DNA of 64,000 nucleotides from a virus: IMG/VR virus record IMGVR_UViG_3300043409_002042, positions 26,574 to 90,573 of that record; one strand, 5' to 3'. Shown piece by piece: positions 54,898 to 64,000 of this stretch (position 1 is its first letter; each line of letters starts with the position of its first letter). The notes under the pieces were generated by a model. It saw only the letters and a program-made list of their open reading frames with translations, ran no database searches and was not told where the DNA came from. The position numbers and the translations under genes were made by a program.

Positions 54898-55141
54898 AGA
54901 AGCCAAGGAACGGTACAAGAGCTACCAGTTTTGGTACCGCCGCAAGTACAACCTGACCAGCACTGACCCGCGCTACCTTGAGGCCACGCTTGAAGAAATA
55001 ATGACGGATTACTTCGCCCACACCTTCTACGACGACCCCAAGGCGGCCGATGAGGTGGTGGACGATGACTTTGACCCGGATGATGTGGCGCGGCAAATTG
55101 GAGCCGTGCAATTGCCGGATGATTTTGAAGAGCTGAAATAG
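54866..55141 (+). CDS. tail assembly chaperone extension (T-like), reached by a probable +1 frameshift
   Basis: Overlapping +1 frame; FWYRRKYNLTSTDPRYLE; TCC TTT CGA at 54862-54870. Confidence 0.65.
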   Translation, partial: FDANRERLAREEAKERYKSYQFWYRRKYNLTSTDPRYLEATLEEIMTDYFAHTFYDDPKAADEVVDDDFDPDDVARQIGAVQLPDDFEELK

Positions 55142-55154
55142 CGACCTGACCACC

Positions 55155-58061
55155 ATGAACCAAAAAGTCAGCATCAACGTTGGCGCAAACCTGGACACGT
55201 CTCAGGTCGAGCAGCGCATCAATGCGCTGGGGCAGAAGGTCGCTGAGTCTGGCAAGGTTCAGTTCAATCCTGTTTCAGTCAAGACGCTGGACCAATTGAA
55301 CCAGCTGGAGAAGAAGTTCCAGCAGCTGCTCAAGGTGCACGGCGAGCTTGCGCGCCGCATGAAGGCCACTGGGCAGGAGGGGCGCGGGCTTGGTGGGGCT
55401 GATTTTGACGCCCTGTTTCCCGATGCTGCGTCCCGCAATCGGCAGCTTCACAAGGTGCTTTCGTACACGCTGGGTGCGGGGGCTTTCACCGCCTTGTCCG
55501 CCCCTCCACCTGGTGGGCCGCGTCCTGCTGGTGGTGGCGCGCCACCGCCAGCGGCGCCCCCCCCTCACCCGTCTGGTGGTGGTTCCGGCATCCCTGGCAT
55601 GCTGGGCGGTGTCGCTCAGGCTGGTTTGAGGGCTACTGGGCCGGTTGGTGGCTTGGTGTCGAACTCGGTGGGCGCTGGCATGTCCGCGGGCTTTGGCGCT
55701 GGCCTCATGGGGCTGCTGGGTGGCATGCTTGCCATGGGGGTGGGCAAGCTTGTTTCGGGCGTCTTGGGCAAGGTCGACCAGGCCGAGGACAACAACGTTG
55801 CCTTGGACCGCCTCAAGCGGACGCTGGGTGATGTGAACGTCAGCTTCGACGCCTTGAAGGCCGTGGTCAACGGCAGCGCCGAAGGCTTGAAGATCACCTA
55901 CGCCGAGGCTGGCCGCCTTGGGCAGCAGTTTGCCCAGCAGGGCAACATGAAGTCGGGCGAGTTCAGTAGCCTGGCCGAAGAACTTGGCACCGGTGTAGGT
56001 TTGTCTCGCTCTTTTGGCCTCGACCCCGAGCAGGGCGTCGGCGTCATGGCGCAGCTGCGCGGCATTGGCGTGACCAAGGACACGCAGGACAGCCGCCGCT
56101 TTGCGCTGCTGATCGGCGAGACCATCGCCAAGTCGGACGCCTTTGCCAAGGCCGGTGAGGTCATGGATTCTCTGTCCAGCTTTGCGGTGAGCCAGACCAG
56201 GCAGAACATAAGCGCGGCGAACGTTCGGGGTTACGCTGGCATGTTCTCGAGCATGGTTGGCTCTGGCATTCCAGGCATGGACCCCACGGGCGCAAGCTCG
56301 ATGTTGGCCCGGATCAATGCGGCGCTGACCGGCGGCGGGGCCAAGGGTGAGGCCAGCCAGTTTTTCACCGGCATGCTGGGCACGCGCCTAGGGCTGAACC
56401 CCTACCAGCTGCGCATGTTTCGCGAGGGCGGGGCGTTTGCGACGCAGGAGAGCATGTTCGGTGATGGCAGCGCCTATGCCCGCTACAAGGGCCGCGGCAT
56501 GTCTGGTGTGCGCGGAAAGAGCACGACGTTCCTGCAGTCCACCCTGGAGCAGCTGCGCCAGCAATACGGGGCCGGGAGTGACGAACTGGCCGACGCCACC
56601 GCCAACCATTTGGGCATCGGAATCAATCAGGCCATGGCGCTGCTGACGCTCAAGCCAAAGCAAATGGGCGAAATGGGCAAGTATGCCAACGTCATGGGCC
56701 TGAATGCCGCCGGGATCGGGAACTTGTCCAAGGTGGTTTCTGGCAGTGATGCTGACCGCCGTGGTGTGGCCGACAGCCTTATGCGCCGCAGCGACGTTAC
56801 AGAGGACGAAAAAAACAGAATCAAGGCGGCGATGGGTGGCGGCGACAGCGAAACGCAGAAGCGCGTTCTCGCCGAGATTGTTGCCCAGCGTGACCAAGAG
56901 CAAACCACGGGCAAGGATGTGCGCGACAGCAAAAACGCGCTCGACAACATCAAGACCTCAATTGCCGACAAGCTGGTGCCCTACTTCAACGAGGCGCGGA
57001 TGGGCATCATGGCGATTGCCGGGGTTGGGCGCGACAAGGGCGTCACCACGGACTCGATCATGAGGGGTGTGATTGAGGCCAATTCAAAGGCCCGGCAGGC
57101 TGCAATTGATGGTCGGTTTGCACCAGAGGTTAATCGGCTGACGGATCGTCAGGGGGAGTTGGAAAATCGACGCAGATCACTGGATCCGGCAAACCTGAGG
57201 TTTACCTATCGAGACAAGCCAGAAGTGCTTGAGGCCAAGCTAAAAGAGCGTGATGCGGTAACCGGGGAGCTTGCGGAGATAGAAAGGCGGCTTGCAAAGA
57301 TTCAGGAAGAAAAGGCGGTCTTGCTGGAAAAGGAAAATGCAGCCAGAAAACGCGAGTATGAGGAGCTTGACGAGCGTTCTGCAAAGCGCATGCAGGATGA
57401 AATGGATGCCTTTGGTGATGTAAAAACCACCGGGAGCATCGGCCCTGCAATTCTGGATGCAAGCGGCAGAAACACGGATGATCAACGAAGGCTGGACGTT
57501 CCAACGCCAAGTGTTACGTCGCTTGTTGGAAAAGGCCCCAGAAATCTACGGAACAACAACCCAGGGAACATTGAATATGGCGCATTTGCTCGCGCACATG
57601 GTGCCGTTGGTTCCGATGGAAGGTTTGCGATTTTTCCTGACAAGGAGACGGGTTCTCGGGCCACCGATGCTCTGCTGACGAGGTACTCTGAAAAGAATGG
57701 TTTGAACACGATTGGGGAAATTATTGGGCGATGGGCGCCCCCCGGTGAGAACGACACAAAGGGCTACGCCTCTGGTGTGGCTAAGCGTTTGGGGGTCGGT
57801 GTAAATCAGCGCCTTGATATGAGCGACCCCAAGATTCGATCTGCGCTTGGTCGGGAAATTTCGCGCGTTGAGGGAGGTGTGAGCGCTTATGTCCCAACAC
57901 CCGACCAGCCCTCTGCGTCATTGAACTCTTCCGCAGGGCAATCTGGCGCAACCGTGCAAGTGGAGGTCATCCACAAGAACGAGCGCGGCCAAGAAATCGC
58001 GCCGCGCCAGCACCAAAAAACGCGCCTGCAGAACAATTGGCGGGCGGCCATGGGATACTAA
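55155..58061 (+). CDS. tape measure protein with C-terminal lysozyme-like domain
   Basis: 968 aa Gly/Ala-rich; RNNNPGNI..RFAIF..IIGRWAPPGENDT. Confidence 0.85.
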   Translation: MNQKVSINVGANLDTSQVEQRINALGQKVAESGKVQFNPVSVKTLDQLNQLEKKFQQLLKVHGELARRMKATGQEGRGLGGADFDALFPDAASRNRQLHKVLSYTLGAGAFTALSAPPPGGPRPAGGGAPPPAAPPPHPSGGGSGIPGMLGGVAQAGLRATGPVGGLVSNSVGAGMSAGFGAGLMGLLGGMLAMGVGKLVSGVLGKVDQAEDNNVALDRLKRTLGDVNVSFDALKAVVNGSAEGLKITYAEAGRLGQQFAQQGNMKSGEFSSLAEELGTGVGLSRSFGLDPEQGVGVMAQLRGIGVTKDTQDSRRFALLIGETIAKSDAFAKAGEVMDSLSSFAVSQTRQNISAANVRGYAGMFSSMVGSGIPGMDPTGASSMLARINAALTGGGAKGEASQFFTGMLGTRLGLNPYQLRMFREGGAFATQESMFGDGSAYARYKGRGMSGVRGKSTTFLQSTLEQLRQQYGAGSDELADATANHLGIGINQAMALLTLKPKQMGEMGKYANVMGLNAAGIGNLSKVVSGSDADRRGVADSLMRRSDVTEDEKNRIKAAMGGGDSETQKRVLAEIVAQRDQEQTTGKDVRDSKNALDNIKTSIADKLVPYFNEARMGIMAIAGVGRDKGVTTDSIMRGVIEANSKARQAAIDGRFAPEVNRLTDRQGELENRRRSLDPANLRFTYRDKPEVLEAKLKERDAVTGELAEIERRLAKIQEEKAVLLEKENAARKREYEELDERSAKRMQDEMDAFGDVKTTGSIGPAILDASGRNTDDQRRLDVPTPSVTSLVGKGPRNLRNNNPGNIEYGAFARAHGAVGSDGRFAIFPDKETGSRATDALLTRYSEKNGLNTIGEIIGRWAPPGENDTKGYASGVAKRLGVGVNQRLDMSDPKIRSALGREISRVEGGVSAYVPTPDQPSASLNSSAGQSGATVQVEVIHKNERGQEIAPRQHQKTRLQNNWRAAMGY

Positions 58062-58064
58062 GCC

Positions 58065-59570
58065 ATGCCCAAACTCACCGCCGCCAGCCCGCGCCTCACG
58101 GTGCGGCTCTACAAGACAATCAGCCGCCAGACGATTGACGGGCAGACCGCTGTTTCGGCCCGGTACGCTGAAAAAGATGAATTCATTGAGTTGACTGGGT
58201 TCATGGGCGACGGTTCAAGCGTCCGGACGACCAAGTCTGTGCGTGAGCCCGCCGGTGCGTTCACGATCACCTTCATGGACAAGGCGCAGGGGTATGTGAG
58301 CCTGGACTCTGTTTATGGCCTGGTGGAGCCCATGGATGTGGTGGAGATTCGCATGTGGGGCGGTGTGGGCCCTACGCCGGCCTCTGGCAAGCTGCCCATC
58401 GTCATGCGCGGCTTTGTGTCTGACGTGCAGCGCCAGCAGGGCATGTCGCCTGACGGTCGACCAGTGCGGTCGGTGGTGATAACGGGGCAGGACTACGGCA
58501 AGATTTGGCAGATTTTTCAGGCGCTCTACATGCCCTCATACTCGGAGGGGAAGTCCCTTCTGACCAGCTTTCAGCTGGCTGAGTTGTTTGGCTTCAAGGC
58601 GGTTTCGGCAATCAGCGCACCGGAGTTTGTGCGCCTGATGATCACGAAGATCATCAACCCCTACATTGCAGGCATGCTGCCGGAGAGCTTGTCCGGTGAT
58701 ATTCCGAAGAAAATTCAGACCAGCGACGCGAGTATTTTGGTCAAGCACGGCATGATCGGCCAGCACTTTCAGTCTGAGCAGGGCCCAATTTACGAGATCA
58801 TGAAGCGCCACACCGATGTGGGGCACTGGAACGAGCTGTACGCCGAGGACCGCGAGGACGGCGTGCACTGTGTGTACCGCCCAATTCCAGCGCTGCGGCT
58901 GAGCGGTCAGAGTGTGGCAGAGAGAAAAATTCAGGATGATGCACCGGACCCGGTTTATGTGCTGGTGCCAGATGGCCTGGGGACGTCCTTTGGCGTTTCG
59001 CGGTCAGATTCCGTGGTGTCCAACTTCTACTGGGTCAACGGTCAAAAATACGACCTGATCGACGACATGTCGCGCCGGTTGTTTGACCTGCAGTTTGGCA
59101 AGCTGGCCAACTCCGGCAAGGACTACCCCAACACTGCTGTAAAGTACTACGGCCTGCGCCCGATGTACGCTGACACCCAAATGAGCGGCGACGAGATCAA
59201 GAACGACCAAAGTGGGCAGCCGGAGGGTGAGCAAAAGCAGCGCAACGACAGGCAGTATTCGTGGATCGAGAAGCGGTTGAAGCAGCTTGTCGAAATGAAC
59301 CAGGACAACGTTGTCTTCGAGCGCGGGACCGCCCGTGTGAAGGGGGGGCTGATGCGTCCTGATGGCTCAGAACTCATGAAGGCCGGGGATTACGCCCGCT
59401 TCCAGGTGGGTCGAATCACCTGGGACGCCTACGTCACCCAGATCGACCACGAGTTCACCCCGTACCAGAGCTACACCCAGACCCTGACGTTTGAGCGCGG
59501 CGAGGGCTTTGCCAAGCGCACACAAGCTGGTGGGTCGCCTTGGCTGACTGAGCAAGCGCGTAGAATCTGA
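58065..59570 (+). CDS. baseplate hub protein
   Basis: Position; GAFTITF, ITGQDYGK, YVTQIDHEF..TLTFERG. Confidence 0.7.
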   Translation: MPKLTAASPRLTVRLYKTISRQTIDGQTAVSARYAEKDEFIELTGFMGDGSSVRTTKSVREPAGAFTITFMDKAQGYVSLDSVYGLVEPMDVVEIRMWGGVGPTPASGKLPIVMRGFVSDVQRQQGMSPDGRPVRSVVITGQDYGKIWQIFQALYMPSYSEGKSLLTSFQLAELFGFKAVSAISAPEFVRLMITKIINPYIAGMLPESLSGDIPKKIQTSDASILVKHGMIGQHFQSEQGPIYEIMKRHTDVGHWNELYAEDREDGVHCVYRPIPALRLSGQSVAERKIQDDAPDPVYVLVPDGLGTSFGVSRSDSVVSNFYWVNGQKYDLIDDMSRRLFDLQFGKLANSGKDYPNTAVKYYGLRPMYADTQMSGDEIKNDQSGQPEGEQKQRNDRQYSWIEKRLKQLVEMNQDNVVFERGTARVKGGLMRPDGSELMKAGDYARFQVGRITWDAYVTQIDHEFTPYQSYTQTLTFERGEGFAKRTQAGGSPWLTEQARRI

Positions 59571-59572
59571 CC

Positions 59573-60328
59573 ATGCACCACCGCCTCGCCATCATCGTTG
59601 AAACCCACCCGCAGGACCACAGTGTTGACCTCGTCATGCTGGACGACGGCGCGCGCTACCTGGGTGTGCAGGTGCTGGCCCATAACGCCAGCACACGCAG
59701 CGGCATGGTGGACATGCCCAAACTGGACCGAGGCAAAGACAAATGGAACATCACCAAGATCACCGGGCAGGAAATGAAGGCCCTGGTGGGCTTTGTTGGT
59801 GGCCAGCCCGTGGTGATTGGTGCCCTGTTCCCCCAGGTGAACCAGATGCTGCTCAAGGACCCCCAGGCCCGCCGGTACCGTCACCAGTCGGACGTTGAAA
59901 CGCTGATTGACGGCGATGGAAACATGCAGGTCCGGCATCCTTCGGGAACTTACATCCGCATCGGTGAGTCGGTGGATGCCGACACGCTGGATGGGAAGTT
60001 CGCCGACAAAAGCGCGACGGACCGCAACACTGACCGCCGGGTGAATATTCACATTGGACTGGCCGATGGAGTGCTGGAGCTGACCATGACGCCGTCGGGC
60101 GCTGTCACGCTGAGGTGCAACCAGGGCGTCACCGTTGAGGCCGGGCAGGACAGCACGATCAAGGCGCCAAACCTCACGCTGGATGCCAACGTCACGGTCA
60201 CCAAGAATTTCACCGTGCAGGGGTCCACCAGTTTGCAGGCCGTCACCAGCCGCAACAAGGACATCAGCAGCACCCATACGCACATCGGTGTCACGCCGGG
60301 CCCCGCCCCCACTGGCGTGGTGTCGTGA
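59573..60328 (+). CDS. baseplate spike (gpV-like)
   Basis: OB-fold then beta-helix-like region, C-terminal HTH(I)GV metal-binding tip. Confidence 0.8.
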   Translation: MHHRLAIIVETHPQDHSVDLVMLDDGARYLGVQVLAHNASTRSGMVDMPKLDRGKDKWNITKITGQEMKALVGFVGGQPVVIGALFPQVNQMLLKDPQARRYRHQSDVETLIDGDGNMQVRHPSGTYIRIGESVDADTLDGKFADKSATDRNTDRRVNIHIGLADGVLELTMTPSGAVTLRCNQGVTVEAGQDSTIKAPNLTLDANVTVTKNFTVQGSTSLQAVTSRNKDISSTHTHIGVTPGPAPTGVVS

Positions 60329-60337
60329 TGTCAGAAT
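60322..60337 (+). promoter_or_regulatory. late-promoter motif copy (GTCGTGA-TGT-CAGAAT), 6 nt before ATG 60344
   Basis: Matches the motif; its TGA is also the spike stop codon. Confidence 0.72.
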
Positions 60338-60343
60338 GGTGGC

Positions 60344-61522
60344 ATGGACGCCAGTCGCAGCCCCGCATACAGCCAAAAAGCCGACGTTAAGCAGATCAGT
60401 TTCGTTCTGCAGACCGCCGGGGGCTTTGACGCGCAGGTGGTCCTGCCCATTCGCCCCGAAGATTTAACTCGCAGTGAGCCGCAGCGGGCATCCGTGCACC
60501 AGACCCTGGGCCGCGAGACGCAGGGCTGGGTTGATCATTTCGGCGCAGGGCTGCCGCAGATCAACATAAACGGCCACACAGGCTGGAACTATAAGCCGGG
60601 CCTTGGGCAAGAGGGTTTTGAGTCCTTTGAGTCCTTGAACCGCCTGGTCGCGCACGACTACCCGGCGGCGATGCAGGATGCGATCGACATGGGGCGCGAT
60701 CCCTCCACTGTCCGGCTGCTGTTCGTGGACCTGCTGGACAACTTCGCTTACCCCGTGGTGCCACAGCAGTTTGTGCTGCGGCGCTCCAAGAGCAGCCCAC
60801 TGCTTTTCCGCTACAACATCGCCATGCAAGCGATCGACACCCAAATCGATGGCGGCATCGCGCAGTTTTTTCCGCCGGTTGCCAATTTGACAGCTGGAAG
60901 AAATGCGCTTGATGGTGCTGTGGGGCAAATTGAGGGCCTGCTGGGGAATGTTGGGGGCGCATTTTCATTGTCTGGGTTGCGCGGCTTTTCTGACGGCGTG
61001 ATGGTTTTTGTGAACCGCTCTGTGTCCGTTCTTCGGGCTACGCAGGGTGTGATCAGTGGCGCAAATGGGTTTATCACCTCGTCCGCTGGCGCCGTGATCG
61101 GAATCGCCAAGGGATTGTCTCAGGTTGGTCGAGAGGTGTTCAACACCCTGGCTGCGGTGTCCGGCATTCCGCTGACGGCAAAAGCAGCATTCATGCAGAT
61201 GGCGGCTGCCTACAACGAGGTGGTGTGCGTGTTTTCAAACGCTCTTAAGCCGCGCCAGACCTACGAGGATTACGATGGCCTTTTTGGTGCCAGCAATTGC
61301 TCGAGCACGACCGGCGGCAGGATGCCAAGCGCGTTCAGCAACCAGAATGTCTTTGCCGTGATCAATCCGCAGAATGCCCAGCAGCCGGTGAGCCTTGGTG
61401 GTGCGGCGCTATCCAGTGTTGGTTTGATCACCGGGGCCGATGCTGTTCTTGCTCCGATTGGTATGGGTGACATGGTGAGGCACCTGGAGATCATCAATGC
61501 TGGTACAAAGGTTGCGCAATGA
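60344..61522 (+). CDS. baseplate/tube-initiator-like protein
   Basis: RPEDLT..VHQTLG..WVDHFG..INGHTG..RSKSSPLLFRY. Confidence 0.6.
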   Translation: MDASRSPAYSQKADVKQISFVLQTAGGFDAQVVLPIRPEDLTRSEPQRASVHQTLGRETQGWVDHFGAGLPQININGHTGWNYKPGLGQEGFESFESLNRLVAHDYPAAMQDAIDMGRDPSTVRLLFVDLLDNFAYPVVPQQFVLRRSKSSPLLFRYNIAMQAIDTQIDGGIAQFFPPVANLTAGRNALDGAVGQIEGLLGNVGGAFSLSGLRGFSDGVMVFVNRSVSVLRATQGVISGANGFITSSAGAVIGIAKGLSQVGREVFNTLAAVSGIPLTAKAAFMQMAAAYNEVVCVFSNALKPRQTYEDYDGLFGASNCSSTTGGRMPSAFSNQNVFAVINPQNAQQPVSLGGAALSSVGLITGADAVLAPIGMGDMVRHLEIINAGTKVAQ

Positions 61523-62139
61523 GTGAGTTTGAGCGTCAGTCACCGTCTTTTCGCCTTGCTGAAACGCGCCACGGTGACACCTTGCAAGCAGTGTCCTACC
61601 GCGAGCTTGGCGATGCCAACCGCTGGCCCGAGCTGGTTTGGCTGAACAATCTCAGCCATCCATACATCACCGATGACGATCGCCTGGCTGCGCCTGGTGT
61701 GCTTCTTTCTGGGGCGATGATCCGTGTCCCTGCCCCTGCTGGCTGGGCGGTAAACGGAGAGTCTGAGCGCGGCCAAGTCTACGAGCGAGACTGCGTGCTG
61801 CGTGGCAAGCTGTTGGATGTTGACGATGGTGGCGACTTGGCCGTCGTGCGTGGCGCTGACAATCTTCGGCAGCAGCTCGGGCACCGGGTGGCCACGCCGC
61901 GAGGCCAGCTGATTCGCCATGAGGAGTACGGATGCTTGTTGTACCGCCTGCTTGGTCGGGTCAACGGTCCGACGGCGGCAAAGCTTGGCGCAGAGTACGT
62001 GAAGTCCTGCATTGAGTCCGACTACCGCGTGGCCCGTGTGGAGGATGCCGTGGCCGATGTGCTTGGCGACAGTGTTAAAATCAGCGCCCGTGCCATCGCG
62101 ATTGAGGGTGGCGTGGTTGATGTAACTCAGGGGGCTTGA
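61519..62139 (+). CDS. baseplate wedge protein (LysM-like + gp25/W-like)
   Basis: GDTLQAVSYRELGDANRW; GDLAVVRGADNLRQ..HEEYG. Confidence 0.8.
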   Translation: MSEFERQSPSFRLAETRHGDTLQAVSYRELGDANRWPELVWLNNLSHPYITDDDRLAAPGVLLSGAMIRVPAPAGWAVNGESERGQVYERDCVLRGKLLDVDDGGDLAVVRGADNLRQQLGHRVATPRGQLIRHEEYGCLLYRLLGRVNGPTAAKLGAEYVKSCIESDYRVARVEDAVADVLGDSVKISARAIAIEGGVVDVTQGA

Positions 62140-63239
62140 TGAGCTTTCAAATAAAAGATTTTTTAAGTATTGTTGCCGGGCAGCTGAACCACGCCCGCGC
62201 CGTCACCGACAAGGTCACCGACTGGGCTCCTGGCTCCGTGGCGCGCACGATCATTGAGGCACCAGCGGTCGAGATTGAGCAGCTGTACCTGCAGATGTTC
62301 CTGGGGCTGCGCGACGCGATTCCGGTGGCGACCTTTCAGAGCTTTGGGTTTGATCGACTTCCAGCGAAGAGGGCTTTTGGCTACGCCAGCGTGGCATCTG
62401 CAGCCGCTCTAACGCAGCCCGTTGCCATACCCGCTGGAACGGTGTTTACCACTGATGGCGGGGCAAGCTACGCGTCAACCCTTGATGTTACTTGGGCTGT
62501 GGGTAGCACACTGGTTTCCGTGCCCGTGCAAGCTGATGTGGCTGGGTCATCTGGCAATATTTCGGCGAACACGATTACCGGATGCTCTCTGTTCCCGACA
62601 TCGTCGGGGTACACCATCGGCAACAGCTTGATCGACAACGGAGCCGATGCCGAGACCGATGCCGAGCGCGAGGCTCGGTTTGCTGACTTCGTGTCATCCC
62701 TGTCCCGTGGCACCATCACGGCATGCCTGTACGCCGCCAAGTCGGCCACGGTGCTTGCCGGAGACGGCACCATCGACGAGTACGTGACCAATTGGGGCTG
62801 CACCGAGCGTCCCGGCCGCGTGTCGATCTTCATCTACGGTAATCGGGGCGTGGCTTCTACCGCCCTCCTGACTGCCGCCCAGCGTAAGCTGGACGGCTGG
62901 CGCGACGACGTCACTGATGAGATTGTGCCCGGCTACCGCGCGGGAGGCGTGCGCGTTGATGCGATCGCCATGTCGGAGCGATCCGTGGCGTTTTCTTGCC
63001 GTGTCCGCATGCTGGACGGCTACACTCTCACTTCGGCTGTTCGTCAGCAGCTTTCAGACATCTACGGATCCACCATCCGGAGCGTTGCGTCCGGGAGCAC
63101 TTTGTACCAGGGCACACTTGTCGATAGAATGCTGGCGGCCAGCGGCGTTGTTGAAATTGTGCCCGTCGGCACCGCGAATATCGTTTGTGCACCAAGCGAG
63201 ACTCTGGCGCCCGGAGTTTTAACCATCAATTCTTTGTAA
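62139..63239 (+). CDS. baseplate J-like protein
   Basis: GSVARTIIEA, IPAGT, GNISANTI, NGADAETDAER. Confidence 0.88.
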   Translation: MSFQIKDFLSIVAGQLNHARAVTDKVTDWAPGSVARTIIEAPAVEIEQLYLQMFLGLRDAIPVATFQSFGFDRLPAKRAFGYASVASAAALTQPVAIPAGTVFTTDGGASYASTLDVTWAVGSTLVSVPVQADVAGSSGNISANTITGCSLFPTSSGYTIGNSLIDNGADAETDAEREARFADFVSSLSRGTITACLYAAKSATVLAGDGTIDEYVTNWGCTERPGRVSIFIYGNRGVASTALLTAAQRKLDGWRDDVTDEIVPGYRAGGVRVDAIAMSERSVAFSCRVRMLDGYTLTSAVRQQLSDIYGSTIRSVASGSTLYQGTLVDRMLAASGVVEIVPVGTANIVCAPSETLAPGVLTINSL

Positions 63240-63249
63240 GGACCGCAAA

Positions 63250-63675
63250 ATGGTAATGCAGACCCAACTTTCCAACGCCCTTGTTTCGGCTCAGGCTGAT
63301 GCTCTTGCTCGCTTACTCGACAACGGCTATTTGCGCATCTACAACGGCACTCAGCCTTCAGGTGCAGATACTGCGGTGTCAACCCAGACGCTCCTTGCGG
63401 AGCTTCGCTTCAGTGACCCATGCGCTCCGGCTTCTGCGCAGGGGGTTCTTACGTTCAACGCCATCACGGCAGACTCATCGGCCAATGCCAGCGGTATCGC
63501 ATCGTGGTTTCGATCTTTCAAGGCAGACGGGACTACTGCGGTCATGGACGGAACCGTGGGGGCTACTGGCACAAGCTCGAATTTAGAGCTTGCGAGTGAG
63601 CAGATTGTCTTGGGTGCAACGATCAGCATCACGTCTTTTACTCACTCTGTGCTCAAGAGTTCCACTGGCCTTTGA
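63250..63675 (+). CDS. tail/baseplate-associated structural protein
   Basis: LRIYNGTQP..ASWFR..MDGTVG. Confidence 0.65.
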   Translation: MVMQTQLSNALVSAQADALARLLDNGYLRIYNGTQPSGADTAVSTQTLLAELRFSDPCAPASAQGVLTFNAITADSSANASGIASWFRSFKADGTTAVMDGTVGATGTSSNLELASEQIVLGATISITSFTHSVLKSSTGL

Positions 63676-63681
63676 TGCCAG

Positions 63682-64000
63682 ATGACTTGGCCGAAATTCA
63701 CATGGCAGCAGCCGTACACGTGGTTGACGGCTGACGACGCTTTTGCGCAGACGGCACAAAACGCGCAGTCTGTGAGTGGTGTTGGTCAGCAGATACTGCA
63801 CCCAGTGGTCACAACAAACCAGGGGCAGACAACTGCCGCAGTCTCGACGTCAGTGTGGGGGACGGCAAGCACTGGGCAGGGGCAGACGTCGCGGGGGGCG
63901 GTCTACAGTTTGATTTTGGCGTCTGGTTGGACTCGGTCCGGGCAGAGTATTTCTGCCAGCGGAACAATCATCATAGCCGGGCGGCAGATATCGGGGCAGG
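63682..64000 (+). CDS. 5' part of a tail/baseplate protein (runs off the window)
   Basis: ATG 63682 frame is open to the window end; recurring GQ motifs. Confidence 0.55.
   Translation, partial: MTWPKFTWQQPYTWLTADDAFAQTAQNAQSVSGVGQQILHPVVTTNQGQTTAAVSTSVWGTASTGQGQTSRGAVYSLILASGWTRSGQSISASGTIIIAGRQISGQ

Overview
This window is a GC-rich dsDNA myophage (contractile tail) genome segment; the host is probably a proteobacterium (inferred from composition and gene content). In order: a replication module (SF2 helicase, SSB, VRR-NUC, PriCT-2/TOPRIM primase-helicase), a minus-strand block of small early genes, an iteron/AT-rich origin-like region (12.4-12.75 kb), Cys-rich proteins and a Ser/Thr phosphatase, terS with a ParB-methyltransferase, a cluster of large probable virion-injected proteins (a 1618-aa WGR/kinase/ADP-ribosyltransferase polyprotein, Nudix, an SF2 helicase), a two-ATPase terminase, dUTPase, portal, an RNA island (tRNA-Pro, an atypical tRNA-fMet and several structured ncRNA candidates), MuF, protease, scaffold, an A511/SPO1-type capsid, neck, sheath, tube, chaperone, tape measure and baseplate. 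The most striking unexplained signals are: (1) an 11-copy promoter-like motif GTCGTGA-N3-NANNNT, placed 6-7 nt before the ATG in 9 cases, implying a leaderless late-expression programme; (2) a hydrophobic-x-K|S/A protease-site motif shared by head proteins and the putative injected effectors; (3) ncRNA cassettes closed by 15-19 bp perfect stems. No integrase, DNA polymerase or lysis cassette was recognised in the window. All protein calls come from motif recognition by eye, not database searches.
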